A stretch of 40,565 nt of DNA. It comes from Phocaeicola dorei (lineage in GTDB: Bacteria; Bacillota_I; Bacilli_A; RFN20; CAG-288). Shown here piece after piece: positions 37,013-40,565 of this stretch. The notes beneath the pieces are model-generated. The model saw only the letters and a list, made by a program, of their open reading frames with translations, was not told the DNA's origin and ran no database searches. The DNA lies in assembly GCA_963622735.1 (NCBI GenBank), contig CAVFIT010000050.1, positions 1 through 40,565 of the forward strand, in the 5' to 3' direction. The translations under genes were made by a program, and so were the position numbers. Numbering within the stretch: the first letter of the stretch is position 1; the number at the start of each line of letters is the position of its first letter.

Positions 37013-37819
37013 TTACTTATTATAAAAATCCACGATTTTTCTTAATGTTATTACATCTAATTGATGTGGTCTTATATTTTTATCTATATTTAACGACTCA
37101 AATAAATTTCCATCCTCTTTAAAATAAGAATTTTTTAAATTATTAAATAAAGTTTTCTTAGGATTTTTAAAAATACAATCCAACACTTTAAATGTATGTG
37201 TATTTGCGTATTCTAAATTAGTAGGATATAAAGCTACAAATGTAGAATCCACCTTAGGGGAAGGATAAAAATTATTAGGCTTTAAATCTAATATTCTTTC
37301 TAATCTACCTACTATTGCTAAAAAGGCAGAATAATTACTATTACAAGATAAACCTGGTTTATAAAATAATTCATCCGCTAAATCTTTTTGTAACATAAAT
37401 CCAAAATATTCAAAATGACCATTAGTAATTACTTTCTTAATTAAATCTCTAGTAATTTGATAAGGTAAATTACCAATATATGCTACTTTTTCATTATTGT
37501 ATTTAGTTAAATCTTCTTTTAAAAAATCATTTTGAATCAATGTAAATTTATCATCTTTAATTTCATTAGATAACACTTTAATCATATCGTTATCAAATTC
37601 AATAGATGTTAATTTTTTAGAATTTATAAGTAGAGGATTAGTTAATGAACCAAGTCCAGGACCTATTTCAATTACATGATCTACTTTAGAAAAATCCAAG
37701 CTTTTTATTATTGTGTCTACAGATTTTTGATTTATTAAAAAATTTTGTGAGAATCTTTTTTGAGCCGCAACTCCATATTTATTCATTAATTCAATTGTGT
37801 GATCTAATAAATTCATCAT
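37013..37819 (-). CDS. rsmA: 16S rRNA (adenine1518/1519-N6)-dimethyltransferase
   Basis: 268 aa. RFSQNFLIN, SAM motif VIEIGPGLGSLT, and GNLPYQIT. AGGAGAG RBS. The start overlaps the end of rnmV by 29 nt. Confidence 0.93.
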   Translation of the reverse strand: MMNLLDHTIELMNKYGVAAQKRFSQNFLINQKSVDTIIKSLDFSKVDHVIEIGPGLGSLTNPLLINSKKLTSIEFDNDMIKVLSNEIKDDKFTLIQNDFLKEDLTKYNNEKVAYIGNLPYQITRDLIKKVITNGHFEYFGFMLQKDLADELFYKPGLSCNSNYSAFLAIVGRLERILDLKPNNFYPSPKVDSTFVALYPTNLEYANTHTFKVLDCIFKNPKKTLFNNLKNSYFKEDGNLFESLNIDKNIRPHQLDVITLRKIVDFYNK

Positions 37820-38327
37820 AGCTCTCCTTTACATTTTCTATAGTGATTTGTAGCATATTTAATTGTTTATAAATATAATTTATACCTTGAGTAGTATCTA
37901 TATGGTAATAAGCATATAAATGTTTTATAACTTTTTCATCTAATTGTTTTACTTGGTTTAATAAAACAGTCGAGTTTTCTTGAATATTTTTATCAAAATC
38001 TATATATTTTTTTAAACTGTTTTTTAATAGTGATGGATTAGATTCTGCTATTCCTACTTTATTTCTTTTTATCGCTTCTACTTTAGGTATTTTAATTTCG
38101 TTATATCTAGTTAAAGCCTTTTTTAATGTAGATGATAATAATTTACCAGGACCATCAGGATCTAATACTAAAACTATATTTCTTATTTTATTTACTTCAA
38201 CTAAAAAATCTATTTTGGATTTAGTTAATCCTTCATATCCATTTGTTTTATAAATATATTTACATCCTAAGCTAGTTAATTTATCAACATCGCTTTTTCC
38301 TTCAACCACATATAAATTACAATACAT
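37791..38327 (-). CDS. rnmV: Ribonuclease M5 (Toprim domain, 5S rRNA maturase)
   Basis: 178 aa. Toprim motifs VVEGKSDVDKL and VLVLDPDGPG. Conserved tatD-rnmV-rsmA neighbourhood. Confidence 0.85.
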   Translation of the reverse strand: MYCNLYVVEGKSDVDKLTSLGCKYIYKTNGYEGLTKSKIDFLVEVNKIRNIVLVLDPDGPGKLLSSTLKKALTRYNEIKIPKVEAIKRNKVGIAESNPSLLKNSLKKYIDFDKNIQENSTVLLNQVKQLDEKVIKHLYAYYHIDTTQGINYIYKQLNMLQITIENVKESYDEFIRSHN

Positions 38328-38328
38328 A

Positions 38329-39111
38329 TTATAAATGATATATTTCCTTTGATTTTAAATAGATTTCATCTGCTAATTGATTTACATCCATTTTTAATAA
38401 CTCAGCCATTTTTTCTATTGTTTTTACAATATATTTAGGCTCGTTTATTTTTCCTCTATAAGGAGAAGGTGCTAAATAAGGAGCATCAGTTTCAACAACT
38501 AAATGGTCATAAGGTATTCTACAAACTGAATCTACCATCTTTATAGCGTTTTTAAAAGTCACCACTCCACCTATTCCAAAATATGTATTTTTCTTATGTC
38601 TTAAATAACGTAATCCCATTTGAAATGATGCGGAAAAACAATGTAAAGTAATATTACCTTTAAACTTAGAATCAATTATTGTATTTAAAGTATCGGCTTC
38701 AGCATCTCTAGAATGTACAATAACTGGTAGATTATATTTATCTGCTAATTGTAATTGAGCTAAAAACAAAGCTTTTTGCTTAGCTTTTGTTTCTTTTGAA
38801 TTATCTAAATGATAATCTAGACCAATTTCACCAATAGCAACTAAATTATGAGTTGTTTTAATTTTTTCTTCTAATCTAGTTATAATTTCATCAACAGAAT
38901 TATATTCAGTTGTAGGGAAAATACCTATAGCAGAATAGCAAAAATCAGGGAATTCAACTGCTAATGAATCTATAACATCTATAGATTCAAAAGTATCTCC
39001 ATTATTAATTACTTTTTCAACCCCTGCTAATTTAGCATCTTCAATAATTTGTTTTCTATTTGGATATAATTGTTCAGCGTTTAAATGAGTATGAGTATCA
39101 ATTATTTTCAT
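38329..39111 (-). CDS. tatD: TatD-family metal-dependent hydrolase/DNase (YabD-like)
   Basis: 260 aa. IDTHTHL, GEIGLDYH, VHSRDA and VETDAPYLAP metal-ligand motifs. Confidence 0.92.
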   Translation of the reverse strand: MKIIDTHTHLNAEQLYPNRKQIIEDAKLAGVEKVINNGDTFESIDVIDSLAVEFPDFCYSAIGIFPTTEYNSVDEIITRLEEKIKTTHNLVAIGEIGLDYHLDNSKETKAKQKALFLAQLQLADKYNLPVIVHSRDAEADTLNTIIDSKFKGNITLHCFSASFQMGLRYLRHKKNTYFGIGGVVTFKNAIKMVDSVCRIPYDHLVVETDAPYLAPSPYRGKINEPKYIVKTIEKMAELLKMDVNQLADEIYLKSKEIYHL

Positions 39112-39124
39112 ATATTTCCCCTTT

Positions 39125-40468
39125 TTATTTACCTACACAGAAATGTTTAAATATTGTTGAATAAATATCTTCCATAGAAGAATTATTATTTAATAAAGTA
39201 TCTAATATTGTAGAAGCTTCAACTAACTTAATTTCTATAATATCTATAGTAAAATCTAGATCAATATCTTCTAATATTGATTCTAATGTAGATACAAATT
39301 TATTTAATATCTCTAGTTCTCTTTCAGAAGTAAATCCTTCATCAGATGTATTATTAATTTGTAATTTAGAATTAATTAAATTAAATAAATCATCTAAATT
39401 ATCATCATCTTTGCAAATAGATATATCAGCATTATTATTTATACCATGTAAATCTTTTTTAGTAGATACAAAAATAGTAGGTTTATTTTCTACAATATCT
39501 TTTAAATCTAAATTATTTAATTCATCTTTAGGATTTTCTTGATCAGATAATACTAATACAATATCTGCTTGCTTACATGTTTGATAAGACTTTTGAATAC
39601 CGATTTGTTCTATTTGATTATCTATTTGTCTAATACCAGCAGTATCAAAGAATTTATAAATAATACCATTAACTTCTTTTTCACCTTCTACTATATCTCT
39701 AGTAGTACCAGGGATATTAGTAACAATTGCTTTATCAAATCCTAATATTTTGTTTAAAAGGGTAGACTTACCTACATTAGGTTGACCTACTAAAGCGACT
39801 TTTACACCGTTAAATAAATATAAAGATTGTTTAGAATTACTTGCTAATTTCTTACTTTCTTGAATAATAATAGGTAAATCTTTTTTTACCTTATTGATTA
39901 AAGTATCATCTTCATCAAATTCAGGATAATCTATATTAACTTCTATTTCTGCTTCTATTAAATTTAATTTTTCCTTAATAGATTTTAATTGCTTAGAAGC
40001 ATTACCATCTAATGTTTTCAACGCAAAATTTTTAGAACGTTCAGTTCTTGCATTAATAAGTTGATTAACAGCTTCAGCTTCAGTTAAATCTAATTTACCA
40101 TTATAATAGGCCTTAGCAGTAAATTCTCCACCTTGAGCTTGTCTAGCGCCATATTTAATACATGTTTGTATTAATTCTGTAGCAATTAACATTGAGCCAT
40201 GTAAATAAAATTCTACTGTGTCTTCACCACAAAAAGATTCTTTTCCTTTAAATATAGTAAACATAGATTTATCTATTAAAGTACTTTTATCATTTTTATC
40301 TTTATAAAAAGAACAATAATACATATATCTAGGTTCTAATTTAGAAACATCTTTAGTAATTATCTTACTTAAAATATTAAAAGCATCTTTACCTGTTAGT
40401 CTAATAACACAAATAGAAGATTTTAACATAGGAGTACATAAAGAAATAATTGTATCAAAAATCAACAT
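39125..40468 (-). CDS. mnmE: tRNA uridine-5-carboxymethylaminomethyl modification GTPase
   Basis: 447 aa. G-domain motifs GQPNVGKSTLLN, DTAGIR and STKKD, and the C-terminal FCVGK (CxGK) tail. Confidence 0.93.
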   Translation of the reverse strand: MLIFDTIISLCTPMLKSSICVIRLTGKDAFNILSKIITKDVSKLEPRYMYYCSFYKDKNDKSTLIDKSMFTIFKGKESFCGEDTVEFYLHGSMLIATELIQTCIKYGARQAQGGEFTAKAYYNGKLDLTEAEAVNQLINARTERSKNFALKTLDGNASKQLKSIKEKLNLIEAEIEVNIDYPEFDEDDTLINKVKKDLPIIIQESKKLASNSKQSLYLFNGVKVALVGQPNVGKSTLLNKILGFDKAIVTNIPGTTRDIVEGEKEVNGIIYKFFDTAGIRQIDNQIEQIGIQKSYQTCKQADIVLVLSDQENPKDELNNLDLKDIVENKPTIFVSTKKDLHGINNNADISICKDDDNLDDLFNLINSKLQINNTSDEGFTSERELEILNKFVSTLESILEDIDLDFTIDIIEIKLVEASTILDTLLNNNSSMEDIYSTIFKHFCVGK

Positions 40469-40565
40469 AATATCACCGTATATAATTATATCTAAATAAT
40501 ATTAAATATTAAAGTTAGCTATCTAAATAAATGTATTTATAAAAATGACCAAAAGTAGGTATAAA

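Overview
By eye the window is very AT-rich, roughly 30% G+C. It is bacterial chromosome, transcribed almost entirely on the minus strand; only 30.4-34.1 kb runs on the plus strand. Gene content and architecture look like a wall-less Firmicute or Mollicute relative. I count 8 predicted lipoproteins with Ser/Thr-rich tethers, oversized Opp components and a compact housekeeping operon. The standard code applies, because none of the 34 CDS has an in-frame TGA and every Trp is TGG. That argues against Mycoplasma or Spiroplasma and fits an Acholeplasma-, Anaeroplasma- or Erysipelotrichia-like lineage.

Layout, left to right:
1. A TetR regulator plus oleate hydratase pair (45-2520).
2. A transcription unit of about 15 kb (2561-17913) driven by a near-consensus promoter. 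It encodes two orphan lipoproteins, oppA-B-C-D-F, a small membrane protein and an M6-like zinc metalloprotease lipoprotein.
3. A complete F1Fo ATP synthase operon, atpI-like then atpBEFHAGDC (17985-24784). Its c subunit carries a two-carboxylate Na+-type ligand signature.
4. A surface-protein locus (24970-31525). It holds a pectate-lyase-like beta-helix lipoprotein, a 1019-aa GLUG-type protein and two orphan lipoproteins. Its divergent promoter region carries two nearly identical 14-bp palindromic operators.
5. udk, a MATE transporter and a three-tRNA cluster: Ala-GGC plus two CAU tRNAs.
6. A compact operon, mnmE-tatD-rnmV-rsmA-ispE-prs-esterase.

I found no CRISPR array, transposase, integrase, phage gene or recognisable defence gene. 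The best candidates for new biology are the two surface loci, their regulation and the ATPase c-ring motif. All functional calls come from motif recognition by eye and need database and structure-prediction confirmation.
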